Origin: Planctomycetota bacterium
GTDB lineage: Bacteria; Planctomycetota; UBA11346
Direction: 5' to 3'
Length of the DNA: 64,000 nucleotides
Assembly: GCA_007695355.1 (NCBI GenBank)
Contig: REDX01000217.1
Coordinates: 14,213-78,212 of the forward strand
A program made the translations under genes and the position numbers. Shown here one piece after another: positions 9,561-19,273 of this stretch (position 1 is its first letter; each line of letters opens with the position of its first letter). A model generated the notes under the pieces. That model searched no databases. It was not told the origin of the DNA and saw only the letters and a program-made list of their open reading frames with translations.

Positions 9561-10418
9561 TTACTGGGCCTCGGGATCGATCAGGCGCAGCATGGCGGCA
9601 AAGTCGAGGTCGCCATCGCCGGCGGCTAGGCGCTCGGCATAGCTGGCGCTCAGTCGCTCGGTTTGTGGCAGTTGGCGGTTCACGCTGTGGGCCAGCTGCA
9701 TCGCCAGGCTGAGGTCTTTGTGCAGGTGCTTAATGGAGAATTGGGGGCTCCAGTCCTGCTGGTCAAGTTTGGGGCGTTTGAGGTCCGCCAGGCCAGAGCG
9801 GGCAATATTGAGATCCAGCACCTGCCAATAGGTTTCGGGGCTAATGCCAGCCGCCTTGGCGAGGGTGAAGCTTTCGGCCATGGCCTGGTAGCTGGCGGCG
9901 ATGGTGAGGTTCATCGCCAGTTTAATCGCCGCCGCACTGCCCACCGGGCCGATGGCCAGGCGGGCGCGACTCAAGCGGGTGTAGAGCTGTTCAACGCGGG
10001 CGAAGGATCCATTATCATCGCCAATAAAGTAGACGGTTTCGCGGGCCTCGGCGGCGGGCTTGCTGCCGGTGAAGGGCATATCGAGGTAGGCCAGGCCGCG
10101 CTGCTGTACGGCCTTGCCCAGGGCGCGGGTTTCGTCTACCCCGATGGTGGCGTGCTGAACCACCACCGCGTCGGGCTCCAGGTGGGGCAGGATGCGCTGC
10201 AGAATGTCGCTGGTAACCGGGCCATCGGAGAGCACCAGGGCCACGACCTGGGCCCCGCGCACCGCCTCCACTGCATCGGCGCACCAGCCTGGGGCATCGG
10301 GCTTGGGGCTGCGGTTCCAACTGCGCACCGTGATGCCATCAGCGGCGAGATTGCGGGCCCAAATGCTGCCGATAATGCCGAGGCCAAGAATGGCCACCGG
10401 CCGCTCGCTATGGGCCAT
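9561..10418 (-). CDS. NAD(P)-dependent oxidoreductase, 3-hydroxyisobutyrate / 6-phosphogluconate dehydrogenase-like
   Basis: Start at MAHSERPVAILGLGIIGS (Rossmann GxGxxG). Downstream segments are typical of the HIBADH family (DAPVSG-like MPFTGSKPAAE, KLAMNL). Confidence 0.7.
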   Translation of the reverse strand: MAHSERPVAILGLGIIGSIWARNLAADGITVRSWNRSPKPDAPGWCADAVEAVRGAQVVALVLSDGPVTSDILQRILPHLEPDAVVVQHATIGVDETRALGKAVQQRGLAYLDMPFTGSKPAAEARETVYFIGDDNGSFARVEQLYTRLSRARLAIGPVGSAAAIKLAMNLTIAASYQAMAESFTLAKAAGISPETYWQVLDLNIARSGLADLKRPKLDQQDWSPQFSIKHLHKDLSLAMQLAHSVNRQLPQTERLSASYAERLAAGDGDLDFAAMLRLIDPEAQ

Positions 10419-10618
10419 GCGCTGCTCCCTTTGGCCCCCCCCTGGGGACGGATGTTTGCGGCTCCGAAGGATGCCATTGCTTCTTCGCGCTGCAACCATA
10501 GAGGGGCCTGGAGGAGGGGGGGATGCCACAAAAGGATGCTTTGGGCCTCACCTAGGGGCTCAGTCCTGCATAAAAAGTAGTGTTGCGGTGGACGTTTGGG
10601 TGATACACTGTTACGACA

Positions 10619-13279
10619 ATGATGACTGAAGACGCCACGCAAGCCCGTAGTGCCAAGCCCGGCCCGCGCCCTGAAATCCTCCTGACCCTCGGCAATTTAT
10701 TGCCGGGTTGTCGCCGCACGCGTTCCCTGATTGTCAAGGGTGCGGTGGGCATTAAGGAAGAGCCGCTCTACGAATTAGACTCGATTCAACGCGCCATGAC
10801 CTCGGTGCGCGGGGTCCATCCACCACCGATTATCAATATTGATGGGCAGCAGTTCCCCTTGGTGATCGAGGGTTCGCCGCGCTCACCGCGGCTGATGATG
10901 GAAGACTGCGGCGAGCACATGCGCCTCTATTTAGAGGTCAGCGGTGCGGCGGTGCAGAATGTTTGGGCCCTGCCCGGCCCGCATATTGTCTTCCGCGGTC
11001 GCATTATTCCCCTGGAGTGGACCGGCCCCGCCGAAGAGCTTGACCCCCTGATGCACGGTGCGATTAAGGTGTCAAAGCGTCTGCTGGTGCGTCCGCCCTG
11101 GCGCTCGCTACTGGCCCACGCCGGTCAGGTGCCGCCCCAGGCAGAAAAGGCCAAGGCCGTGCGCGGCCGCCCGCAGCCGATTCTGGAAATGTGGGAAGTC
11201 GACTCCCGCCTTTGCGGCCGGGTACGCTTTAAATACCACGATGATTTACCGGAGATCGATCCCCTTGAGCGTATCGGTTTGATCGTTGCTGAAACCGACG
11301 ACGGCCAAATCCTTAAATGCGAACGGGATCGCGATCAAGAATTTCAGCGCTCCAATGAATTTATTAAGCGCGGGGCTCTGGTTCAGCGCCGCGGCGCCTT
11401 TGGCTTCGTCGCCGATGGCGATGCCGCCGATCGCTTTCTCGCCCAGGTCATTCCCAATCTGCAGGGTTGGGATGTGCGCGGTCGCGATGCCCTCCACCGC
11501 GGCCGCCCGCCTAAAGACATTGTCATTCACACCACGGTGAATGCGGACAAGGAAAATCTCACCCTCGGCATTACCGCCGAGGTTGAGGGCCGTGAAGTCT
11601 CGATTAAGGATCTTCTCGCCAGCGCCAGTCGTGGGCAGAATGTCATGATCTTTAAGGACGGCATGCGGGCCCGGATTAATGACGAGTGGCTGGCCCGTTA
11701 CCGCACCTTGGTGGAATTTGGCGGTGTCGAAAAGGGCGCCGCCAATCGGGTGAAGGTGAAGCGTCATGCCGCAGCGCTTGCCGTGGGGCTGGCTGAAAGC
11801 GGCGGCTCCATGGAGTTAGATGCGGCCACCCTTGACCTTGCTCAGTTGGCCAAGGGCGGCGCCACCATCCCCTCGGTACCCCTGCCCCAAGGCATTAATG
11901 CCACCCTGCGTGAATATCAGCACGAAGGCTTTAACTGGATGGTATTCCTCTCAGACCGCGGTCTTGGCGGGGTACTGGCTGACGATATGGGTTTGGGCAA
12001 AACCATACAATCGCTGGCCTTTATTCGTCACCGTATCCTTGAGGATCCGGGCATTCAATTGGTGGTGGCGCCGCGATCGGTGGTCGATAACTGGGCCGAA
12101 GAATGCATCAAATTTGTCCCTGATCTAGAGGTCTACACCCATCTCGGCCTTGATCGCACCAAGAATCTCGACGATCTCCCGCGCAATGGCATCTTGCTGA
12201 CCAGCTACAATATTTTGCAGCGCGATATCGCTCTGCTCAAGCAGTTGGAATTCAGCACCATTATCCTTGATGAAGCCCACATCATCCGTAATCCTGAGGC
12301 CAAAACTACCCGTGCCGCCCTGGCCTTGGTGAAGAATTCCCGTCGTCGCATTTGCCTTTCGGGAACGCCGGTGCAAAACTGCGCCGAAGATCTGTGGCCG
12401 ATTTTCCACTTCCTTATGCCCTATTTCTTAGGCCGCCGCAAGGTGCTCAAGGAAACCCTGGCCGAAGATAATAAGGCTATCGAGCGTCTGCGTTCGCGAG
12501 TAGCACCCTTCGTGCTGCGTCGGATAAAAAAAGAAGTGGCCACCGAACTGCCGCCGAAGACGGAAATCCTCCTGCACGCCCGCATGTCGGACGAGCAATA
12601 CGGTTTTTACCGCGATCTGCTCGAAAAAGAGCGGGTGGGCGTGATGGATCTGATGAACAGCAAGGGCCTGGAGCGCTCCCGCGTCTCCATCCTAGCAGCA
12701 ATTACCCGCCTGCGGCAGGCGGCCTGCCACCCAGCCCTGGTTGGCGGCGACCACGTGCCTTCCTCCAAGATCGATCTTTTCTTGGATTTGGTGGACGAAC
12801 TCATTGCCGAGGGCCATCGCGCTCTGGTCTTCTCCTCCTTCACGAAATTTCTCGCTCTGGTCCAGGAAGCGATGCAGGAACGCGGATATACCTATCAGTA
12901 TCTTGATGGTCGTACCCGTGACCGTGGTGCCCGCGTCAAGGCCTTCCAGAACGGCGACGATCCGCTCTTCCTGATTTCGCTCAAAGCCGGCGGCGTTGGT
13001 CTTAATCTCACCGCCGCTGACTACGTGATCATCCTCGACCCTTGGTGGAACCCCGCCGCCGAAGACCAGGCCGCTGACCGCGCCTATCGCATCGGCCAGG
13101 ATAAACCGGTCATGGTCTACCGCATTGTCACTTCGGACTCTATCGAAGAGCGGGTACTGCGCCTGCAGGACGAAAAGCGCCGCCTGGTCGGCGACCTCGC
13201 CCTCGAAGGCTTGGCCCGCGCCCTGGAGGCCGGCGATGTCGAAAAACTCTTCGAAATCGCCGCCCACGCCGGCGCTTAA
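10619..13279 (+). CDS. SNF2-family helicase with a bacterial SNF2-associated N-terminal region
   Basis: Motif I DDMGLGKT, motif II DEAH (ILDEAHIIRN), then LSGTPVQN. The C-terminal helicase domain has LISLKAGGVGLNLT and QAADRAYRIGQ. 886 aa. Confidence 0.9.
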   Translation: MMTEDATQARSAKPGPRPEILLTLGNLLPGCRRTRSLIVKGAVGIKEEPLYELDSIQRAMTSVRGVHPPPIINIDGQQFPLVIEGSPRSPRLMMEDCGEHMRLYLEVSGAAVQNVWALPGPHIVFRGRIIPLEWTGPAEELDPLMHGAIKVSKRLLVRPPWRSLLAHAGQVPPQAEKAKAVRGRPQPILEMWEVDSRLCGRVRFKYHDDLPEIDPLERIGLIVAETDDGQILKCERDRDQEFQRSNEFIKRGALVQRRGAFGFVADGDAADRFLAQVIPNLQGWDVRGRDALHRGRPPKDIVIHTTVNADKENLTLGITAEVEGREVSIKDLLASASRGQNVMIFKDGMRARINDEWLARYRTLVEFGGVEKGAANRVKVKRHAAALAVGLAESGGSMELDAATLDLAQLAKGGATIPSVPLPQGINATLREYQHEGFNWMVFLSDRGLGGVLADDMGLGKTIQSLAFIRHRILEDPGIQLVVAPRSVVDNWAEECIKFVPDLEVYTHLGLDRTKNLDDLPRNGILLTSYNILQRDIALLKQLEFSTIILDEAHIIRNPEAKTTRAALALVKNSRRRICLSGTPVQNCAEDLWPIFHFLMPYFLGRRKVLKETLAEDNKAIERLRSRVAPFVLRRIKKEVATELPPKTEILLHARMSDEQYGFYRDLLEKERVGVMDLMNSKGLERSRVSILAAITRLRQAACHPALVGGDHVPSSKIDLFLDLVDELIAEGHRALVFSSFTKFLALVQEAMQERGYTYQYLDGRTRDRGARVKAFQNGDDPLFLISLKAGGVGLNLTAADYVIILDPWWNPAAEDQAADRAYRIGQDKPVMVYRIVTSDSIEERVLRLQDEKRRLVGDLALEGLARALEAGDVEKLFEIAAHAGA

Positions 13280-13506
13280 GCTGGCGAGGGTGATGGCTAG
13301 GTGAGAGAACGGTGGCTGCGAGGGGCGATCGACGACTGACGAGAAGCGCTGGTCGTCCTTGGTCGTTCGTCCTTCGTTTTTTGCTTACTGGTACCGCCGT
13401 TCATTGGTCGCTGATTGCACCTCATGCTTTCTGCGCTGTCGAAAGGCCATAAGCTTACGCACCAAGCTTCGCGTAGCGATTGCCGCGATTGCCGACCGAC
13501 GCAATC

Positions 13507-13995
13507 CTAGTCTTTATCGACGCAAATGCGTTGGACCATGCTGCGGACGAGGATTTTGAGATCTTCGGCGGTGGCAAGTCGCGATGCCATAGTAATCATA
13601 ATCAGGCAGGGGCCGACATGGACGAAGGCCAGCAGATCATGGCCCTGGGCGCCAAGCAGGGCGAAGCCGGCCTCCAAATCCACCTCTTCGGCGCTGCCGA
13701 AGTGCTGGAAGATGTGCTCTCGATTACGCTGGCGCAGGGCCTGGTGTAGGGCTTCATCTTCCAAGCGGTGCGAGCTGAGATTTAAGACGCTCTCGCTCAC
13801 CGGCTCAAAAAAACGTAAGACGTCGTTTTCTGAGCAGTCTTGCCAGCCATCGTCGAGTTCAAGGCTCCAGCTATGGCTGCCAATACGCATGGATTCATGA
13901 TTGGCGAATTGCCTCCTAAGTCCATGGAAAACTGGCGAGCAATTATGGCACCCGTTAGGATTCGCGGAGTCACTTGCTGGCAGTCCCAGGCGCAT
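13507..13995 (-). CDS. hypothetical protein, last gene of the XPB / Bax1-like operon
   Basis: Protein-like composition on the minus strand, whereas the overlapping plus-strand ORFs are R/S-rich noise. The ATG at 13995 overlaps the upstream gene by 26 nt, and ATG 13890 (MRIGSHSW...) is an alternative. No recognisable domain. Confidence 0.45.
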   Translation of the reverse strand: MRLGLPASDSANPNGCHNCSPVFHGLRRQFANHESMRIGSHSWSLELDDGWQDCSENDVLRFFEPVSESVLNLSSHRLEDEALHQALRQRNREHIFQHFGSAEEVDLEAGFALLGAQGHDLLAFVHVGPCLIMITMASRLATAEDLKILVRSMVQRICVDKD

Positions 13996-15238
13996 CGGGA
14001 CTATTGGCCGCTAGCAGGCGTTTGAGGGCGCTGAGGGTGGGCAGATCGTTGAAGAGCATGAGGCGCTGGGGTTGGGGAAAGGCCTCGATGAGGGCCTTGC
14101 CTTCGCCCGAGCGCACCAAAGCGCGATCGATCGCCAGCAATAACCGAGGGGCCCTGCCCTCTGTGATTTGCTGCAAACGACGGGGAAGTATGGTGCCGTG
14201 CCAGCGGTGCAGGCACTCGAGAGAGAAGTTGCCGTATTGGGGATGGGTGAGGAGGTAGTCGGGGGCCACCCATTCGGGGCCGGTGGCGCCGGCGATGGGA
14301 AGCAAGGGCGGTTCGTCGCTGAGCTGCCAAGGCTGCAGGCGGGGGTTCCATGCCGCAGCAAGGCCCGATAGCTCTTTGGGCACATGGGCAAGGAAGCGAC
14401 TGCCGCCGCGCAGGGGCGCGCGTTCATCAAGGCGCAGCAGTAGTTCCCCCGGCTGTGGATCCCGCGGGCTGCGCGGCGGGGTGACCCGGGCCTGCAATTG
14501 CCAATGGGGCAGGCTGGCAATGTGGGGCAAGAGCTGGGCCAGCTGTAGTCCGTAACGCGAGCGCTGGTCGAGAACCGCCCCGGGGCCACTGATCTCGAAG
14601 CGCAAGACATCGTCTTCGGCGCTGGCTTGAATATGCACCAGCAGGCGCTGCCAGCGCAGGGCCTTAAGCAGTCGCCGTCGCATGCCCACCGAGAGCTGGC
14701 GGCCGTCCAGCTGCAGGTCAAGGCGGTGGGCGCCAAGGAGAAAGCCCTGGGCGAGGTGCATATTATAGCGATCAATGACTTCCTCGGCGCTCCAATGGGG
14801 GGTGGCTTCAAGGCGAGCCCACTGCGGTAAATCGGCATAGAGCAGCTGCGGATCTTCAAGCAGTCGCGCATCGCTATCAGGGATGGTGGCGAGGACCTGG
14901 GCGCGATGCCCTTCGCAATGCGCCGAAGGATTTTCGCGCAGGGCCTTGGCGCTGGCGTCAAAGATAGCGCTGCGCAGTTCACGCAGGTCTTCGCCTTGGG
15001 TGAAGGTGCAGGCATCGGCAATAATTTTATGCAGGCCCCGGGCCACTACCTGGGAGCGGCAGGCGTGAATAATCGGCGGTAGGGCTTCGTCGATATCGCT
15101 TTGTCGAGCGCCATGGCTGGCGCGATAGAGGCCCAGCAGTTGCTCGGCAACGGTGATGAGGCTGGGCCCGGAGCCCAGCCAGAGGGGCTCAAGCTCGCCG
15201 CTGCGGCTGCGCCAACGCAAAAGGTCACGGCTTAGCAC
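13970..15238 (-). CDS. DUF790 / Bax1-like nuclease-family protein (XPB partner)
   Basis: Size about 420 aa, sitting directly downstream of an XPB-type helicase, which is the canonical DUF790 arrangement. The start is placed at GTG 15238 (VLSRDLLRWRSRSGELEP..., resembling the usual ML..DLL.f start of the family). This avoids a 71-nt overlap with the helicase. The family call rests mainly on context. Confidence 0.55.
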   Translation of the reverse strand: MLSRDLLRWRSRSGELEPLWLGSGPSLITVAEQLLGLYRASHGARQSDIDEALPPIIHACRSQVVARGLHKIIADACTFTQGEDLRELRSAIFDASAKALRENPSAHCEGHRAQVLATIPDSDARLLEDPQLLYADLPQWARLEATPHWSAEEVIDRYNMHLAQGFLLGAHRLDLQLDGRQLSVGMRRRLLKALRWQRLLVHIQASAEDDVLRFEISGPGAVLDQRSRYGLQLAQLLPHIASLPHWQLQARVTPPRSPRDPQPGELLLRLDERAPLRGGSRFLAHVPKELSGLAAAWNPRLQPWQLSDEPPLLPIAGATGPEWVAPDYLLTHPQYGNFSLECLHRWHGTILPRRLQQITEGRAPRLLLAIDRALVRSGEGKALIEAFPQPQRLMLFNDLPTLSALKRLLAANSPDAPGTASK

Positions 15239-15266
15239 GCTTGGTTCTCCTGGCGGCAGTGCACGA

Positions 15267-16694
15267 TCATGGCTGACCGTCCTCATCCATGCCCTGGCCA
15301 TCGCCCGGAGTAAAATCCATTTCCATTTCCCCATCAAAGGCGATGTGATTGCGCCGGCGGGCGCTGGTATGGGCCTCGGCGGTATCGGCGGAAATCAGCT
15401 CATAGAGTTGGGCCACCTTATCCGGGCCAGGGCGTAGGATTCGGCCTAGGCGCTGCACGTGCTCGCGCACGCTGCCGGTGCCGGAAACAACAATGCCCAC
15501 GGCCGCTTCGGGAACATCCACCCCTTCATTAAGCACCCGGCTGGTTACCAGCACCGGCCAATCGCCGCTGCGAAAGGCGGCAAGCATGGCCTTGCGCTCG
15601 CTGGGTTTGCTATGGTGGGTAAGCACCGGCAAAAGCATTTGCGCGCCAATGGCGTAGGCGGTGGCATTATCATCGGTGAAAATAATCACCCGCTCGTGGT
15701 GGTGATCGCGCAGCAGCTGCCAGACCAGCCGCAGCTTGGCGCGACTGCCGCGGGCAATGCGGCGTTGCTCGCGCCAGGCGCGCAGGACTTCCCGGCCGCC
15801 GGGAGCACGGGCGGCCTCGCTGAGAAAGCGCTGCCAGCCGTCCGGGGCGTCAAAGCGAATGCCCAAAGCGCGCACGAAATCCAGATAGGTGGCGCGATGG
15901 CGCTGATAGTCCTCGGCCTCGTCGGGGTCGAGGGGCACTTCGAGAACTTCGACATGGTAATTGGCAAGGTAACGCCCCTCCAATTCCGTAATCTGAGAGC
16001 GGTGGACAATCGGCCCCAAAAGCTCGTCCAGGCGCTGGTGTCCGCCATCGCTGCGCTCCGGGGTGGCGGTAAGGCCAAGGCGGAAGGGGGCGAGATTGCC
16101 TTCGGCGCAGAAGGCAGTGGCGCCGGCGGGGAGGTGATGGCATTCATCGCAGATCAGGAGGCCAAAGCGATTGCCGTGGTGGGGGGTTATGAGAATGCCG
16201 GAGTCGTAGGTGGCGACAGTAATCTCGGCGAGCACCCGATCGCCGCCGCCATAGCGACCGATGGCGCAGCCCAGACGCAGCTCCAAATCCAGGGCCCACT
16301 GCTGTACTAAATCAATGGTGGGGGCAAGGATGAGGGCGCTGCGTCGGCACTCTAGAATGGCCTTAACCGCGACATAGGTCTTACCGGAGCCGGTGGGCAG
16401 CACGATCACCCCTCGTCGCTTAGCCGCCTGCCACGCTTCCAGGGCCTGGCTTTGGTAGGGGCGCAGGGGCTGCCGGCCCCGTTCACGCAGTTCGAGGGTG
16501 GCATAGGCCCGGGCCTGGTCATCGTAGGAGCAATTACCATGCAGGAGGCGCAGAATCTGCGCATAGTGATGGGCGCTGGCGCGGTGGGCGGCGATCCGCG
16601 GATCGGCCACCACCCAGGGCGCCAGCCGCTCTTCCCAGAGCTTGTCCAGCCCGCCAAGGACGAGGCTTCCAGCATCGAAGCGCAGGTAAATCAC
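15267..16694 (-). CDS. XPB/Ssl2(ERCC3)-like superfamily-2 DNA helicase
   Basis: LRPYQ..A, motif I LPTGSGKT, motif II DECHH, motif III GLTATPER and motif VI QRLGRILR are present. The N-terminal segment IYLRFDAGSLVL resembles the XPB damage-recognition-like domain. Confidence 0.85.
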   Translation of the reverse strand: MIYLRFDAGSLVLGGLDKLWEERLAPWVVADPRIAAHRASAHHYAQILRLLHGNCSYDDQARAYATLELRERGRQPLRPYQSQALEAWQAAKRRGVIVLPTGSGKTYVAVKAILECRRSALILAPTIDLVQQWALDLELRLGCAIGRYGGGDRVLAEITVATYDSGILITPHHGNRFGLLICDECHHLPAGATAFCAEGNLAPFRLGLTATPERSDGGHQRLDELLGPIVHRSQITELEGRYLANYHVEVLEVPLDPDEAEDYQRHRATYLDFVRALGIRFDAPDGWQRFLSEAARAPGGREVLRAWREQRRIARGSRAKLRLVWQLLRDHHHERVIIFTDDNATAYAIGAQMLLPVLTHHSKPSERKAMLAAFRSGDWPVLVTSRVLNEGVDVPEAAVGIVVSGTGSVREHVQRLGRILRPGPDKVAQLYELISADTAEAHTSARRRNHIAFDGEMEMDFTPGDGQGMDEDGQP

Positions 16695-16989
16695 AGATGT
16701 GAGCTTAGGCTTGGCGCTGGCGATCCAAGGTCTGCTCTAGGGCTTGGCACCAGGGCGGGTTAGTCCCTGCAGCCTGCGGTGGGTATCCATGACGGGAGCC
16801 CTTATTGCTTCAAGGGGTCGTGTTTGACGCATTGCAGCAAGATTTCACTTTTGCGCTTAAGTCTTGGTTGCGTATCCGCTTGGGGTGACTTAGCATGGTT
16901 CCTACTCTCAAGAATCTCAGGCCCATGGTCGGCGCAGGATCTGGAATAGGGCCCCATGGGCGATGGTGCAATCCACCAAGGAGGCAGGT

Positions 16990-17853
16990 ATGTCAGCGGC
17001 AGAATGGTATATTTTTGCGGGCAACCGACAGCAGGGTCCGTTTACCGCTGAACAGATTCGCGCCTTTGTCGACTCTGGCAGGCTAAAGGCTACCATGGGC
17101 CTGCGCAAAGAAGGCATGGCTGATTTTGTCCCTGCTGGACAGGTTAAGGGACTCTTTGATGGGCCAGTTGAAGCCCCTGTTCAGCCGGTTTCCCGTCCCT
17201 CTGCGGCATATCGTCCCTCACCTGCCCCGGCCCCTGCGGCGGCGGTGGAGCCAGTGGACGAAGAGATTGAAGAACCAGAAGTCGAAGAGGAATTAGAGGA
17301 AGAGGCCTACGCCGACGAGCTGGCCCAAGATGCAGGCGACGAAGCAGGCGACGAGCTGGCCGAAGAAGAGCCGCCTGAAGAAGAGGTTGCGCCGGCTCCC
17401 CGTGGACGTGGGCGTACTCGCACCGCCACGGCCGGTGCAGGCCGTCGCTCCCGCCGTGCGGGCGCCACCGCAGGGGATGGAGAAGAGGGGGACGCGCCCG
17501 CCGGTCGACGTGGTCGCCGCGCAGGTGCCGCTGCTGGTGGCCGTGGGGCTTCCCGCCGTCGCCGCGGTAAGGGTAGTGATGACGAGGATCAAGAGGCCAA
17601 GGGCGGCAAAGGCAAGCTCATCCTAATTATTATCGTTCTTCTGGTCCTGCTTGGCGGGGCGGCCGCAGCGTATGTTTTCTTAATGGCTGAAGACGAGGCG
17701 GCTCCAGCAGCGGCGACGACTCCGGCCACAGAGCAGAGCGCCAGCGAGGCTCCCCCAGCTGAAGCACCGCCCGAGATTGCGCCGGTGGCTCCAGAGCCAG
17801 CAAATGTGATCGAGGACACCATGGAGTTCGACGATCTCCCGGATCTTGATTAA
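16990..17853 (+). CDS. GYF_2 (DUF4339) domain membrane protein with a charge-segregated disordered linker
   Basis: AAGGAGG lies 5 nt before the ATG at 16990. N-terminus EWYIFAGNRQQGPFTAEQIRAFVDSGRL...LRKEGMADFVPAGQV is the GYF_2 pattern. It is followed by an acidic block, an Arg/Gly block, one TM helix (LILIIIVLLVLLGGAAAAYVFL) and a Pro/Ala/Glu tail. Confidence 0.6.
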   Translation: MSAAEWYIFAGNRQQGPFTAEQIRAFVDSGRLKATMGLRKEGMADFVPAGQVKGLFDGPVEAPVQPVSRPSAAYRPSPAPAPAAAVEPVDEEIEEPEVEEELEEEAYADELAQDAGDEAGDELAEEEPPEEEVAPAPRGRGRTRTATAGAGRRSRRAGATAGDGEEGDAPAGRRGRRAGAAAGGRGASRRRRGKGSDDEDQEAKGGKGKLILIIIVLLVLLGGAAAAYVFLMAEDEAAPAAATTPATEQSASEAPPAEAPPEIAPVAPEPANVIEDTMEFDDLPDLD

Positions 17854-17967
17854 GCGCAGGCCCTGATCGCCACGGCACCTGGTCGATTGCAGCATCTCGC
17901 TACTGAATTGGGGGGATGCTCTTAAGTCTCCCTGGCGTCATCCGGTTTCGCCTTAGCCTGCCCGTCT

Positions 17968-19179
17968 ATGAACACCGCTGTCCCGACCTGGCTTGGCGCC
18001 ATCGCTGCCACCCACGGCACCCCCACCTTTGCCTACGACCTTGATCTGGTGCGCCAGCAGGCCCATCGCCTGCGCCAAGCCCTTAGCCATCCTCGATTGC
18101 AATTGCTCTATGCGATTAAAGCCAATCCCTGCCCGGCGGTGGTGCGGGTGCTTTTGGCGGAGGGCTATGGCATCGACGCGGTAAGCCCCGGCGAGGTGGC
18201 CTTAGCCCTATCCCTGGGCTGTCCACCGCAGCGCATCTGTTACACCGAAAACAATATGACCGATGCCGAGGCAGCAGACGCCACCGCAGCTGGGGTGCTG
18301 ATTAACTGTGGAAGTCTAGACCGCCTCCAGCGTCTTGCCGAGAGCGGGGTCAATCGCGCGGCGGTGCGATTCAATCCGGACGTTGGCGATAGCGAGCACG
18401 CCTATACCCTCACCGCCGGCCCCCTAACGAAGTTTGGCATCCACCATTCCCAAGTGGCAGCGGTGCGCGACTTGGAGCAGCGCAGCGGCCTGCGCGTGGT
18501 TGGCTGCCACATGCATATCGGTTCCAATGTTTTAAGCGCTGAGGCCTTTCGCGCCGCCATGCGGGTGATCCTTGATGCCGCCCGCGGTCTGCCGCACCTG
18601 GAATGGGTGGATGTCGGTGGGGGTCTTGGCATCCCCTATCACCCTGACCAAAAGCCCTTGGATGTTGCGGCAGTTGGCCGCGCTGCCGATGAATTAATTG
18701 CCGAGTTAGAGCAACATCACGGCCGGCCCCTAGAACTGCGTTTAGAGCCCGGGCGCTTTTTGGTGGCGGAAGCCGGTTACCTCCTGACCACCGTAACCAG
18801 TGTGAAGACCAATCCTGACGGCCGTACCTACGTTGGCTGCGATACCGGATTCAATCACCTTATCCGGCCCACCATGTATGGCAGCTACCACCCCATTGCT
18901 AACATTAGCCATCCCCAGGCGCCACTGGAGCGGGTCGACGTGGTGGGTAATGTCTGTGAATCTGGGGATGTTTTTGCCCGCGAGCGCGAACTGCCTCAGC
19001 CACAGCTTGGTGATGTCCTGGCCATCGGTTGCGCTGGTGCCTATGGTATGAGTATGGCATCTGTCTATAATCTTCGTCCGCTGCCGGCTGAGGTGGCTTA
19101 TGAGGCCGCGCAGATACGCTTATTGCGGCGCCGGCGCAGCCTCAGCGAATTGTTAGCAGAGTTAGAGGATCAGGCTTAG
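17968..19179 (+). CDS. lysA: diaminopimelate decarboxylase
   Basis: PLP-lysine motif YAIKAN, an HIGS segment, a GGGLGIPY Gly-rich loop and C-terminal CESGD. 403 aa. Confidence 0.9.
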   Translation: MNTAVPTWLGAIAATHGTPTFAYDLDLVRQQAHRLRQALSHPRLQLLYAIKANPCPAVVRVLLAEGYGIDAVSPGEVALALSLGCPPQRICYTENNMTDAEAADATAAGVLINCGSLDRLQRLAESGVNRAAVRFNPDVGDSEHAYTLTAGPLTKFGIHHSQVAAVRDLEQRSGLRVVGCHMHIGSNVLSAEAFRAAMRVILDAARGLPHLEWVDVGGGLGIPYHPDQKPLDVAAVGRAADELIAELEQHHGRPLELRLEPGRFLVAEAGYLLTTVTSVKTNPDGRTYVGCDTGFNHLIRPTMYGSYHPIANISHPQAPLERVDVVGNVCESGDVFARERELPQPQLGDVLAIGCAGAYGMSMASVYNLRPLPAEVAYEAAQIRLLRRRRSLSELLAELEDQA

Positions 19180-19273
19180 GCCCCTGCGCTCACCGTTACC
19201 AACGGGTGATCGATGGCCGAACCGCCGCAATCCGGTTTTTAAACCGTTGTTAGTTTGAGGAGAAGTAGCCCCC

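Noticed and set aside
13280-13506. Possible rho-independent terminator after the SNF2 gene (GACGAC...GTCGTC, then a T6 run at about 13389).
   Set aside because: The stem adjacent to the T-run is poor and the good 6-bp stem is 25 nt away from it. It was not clean enough to call as a feature.
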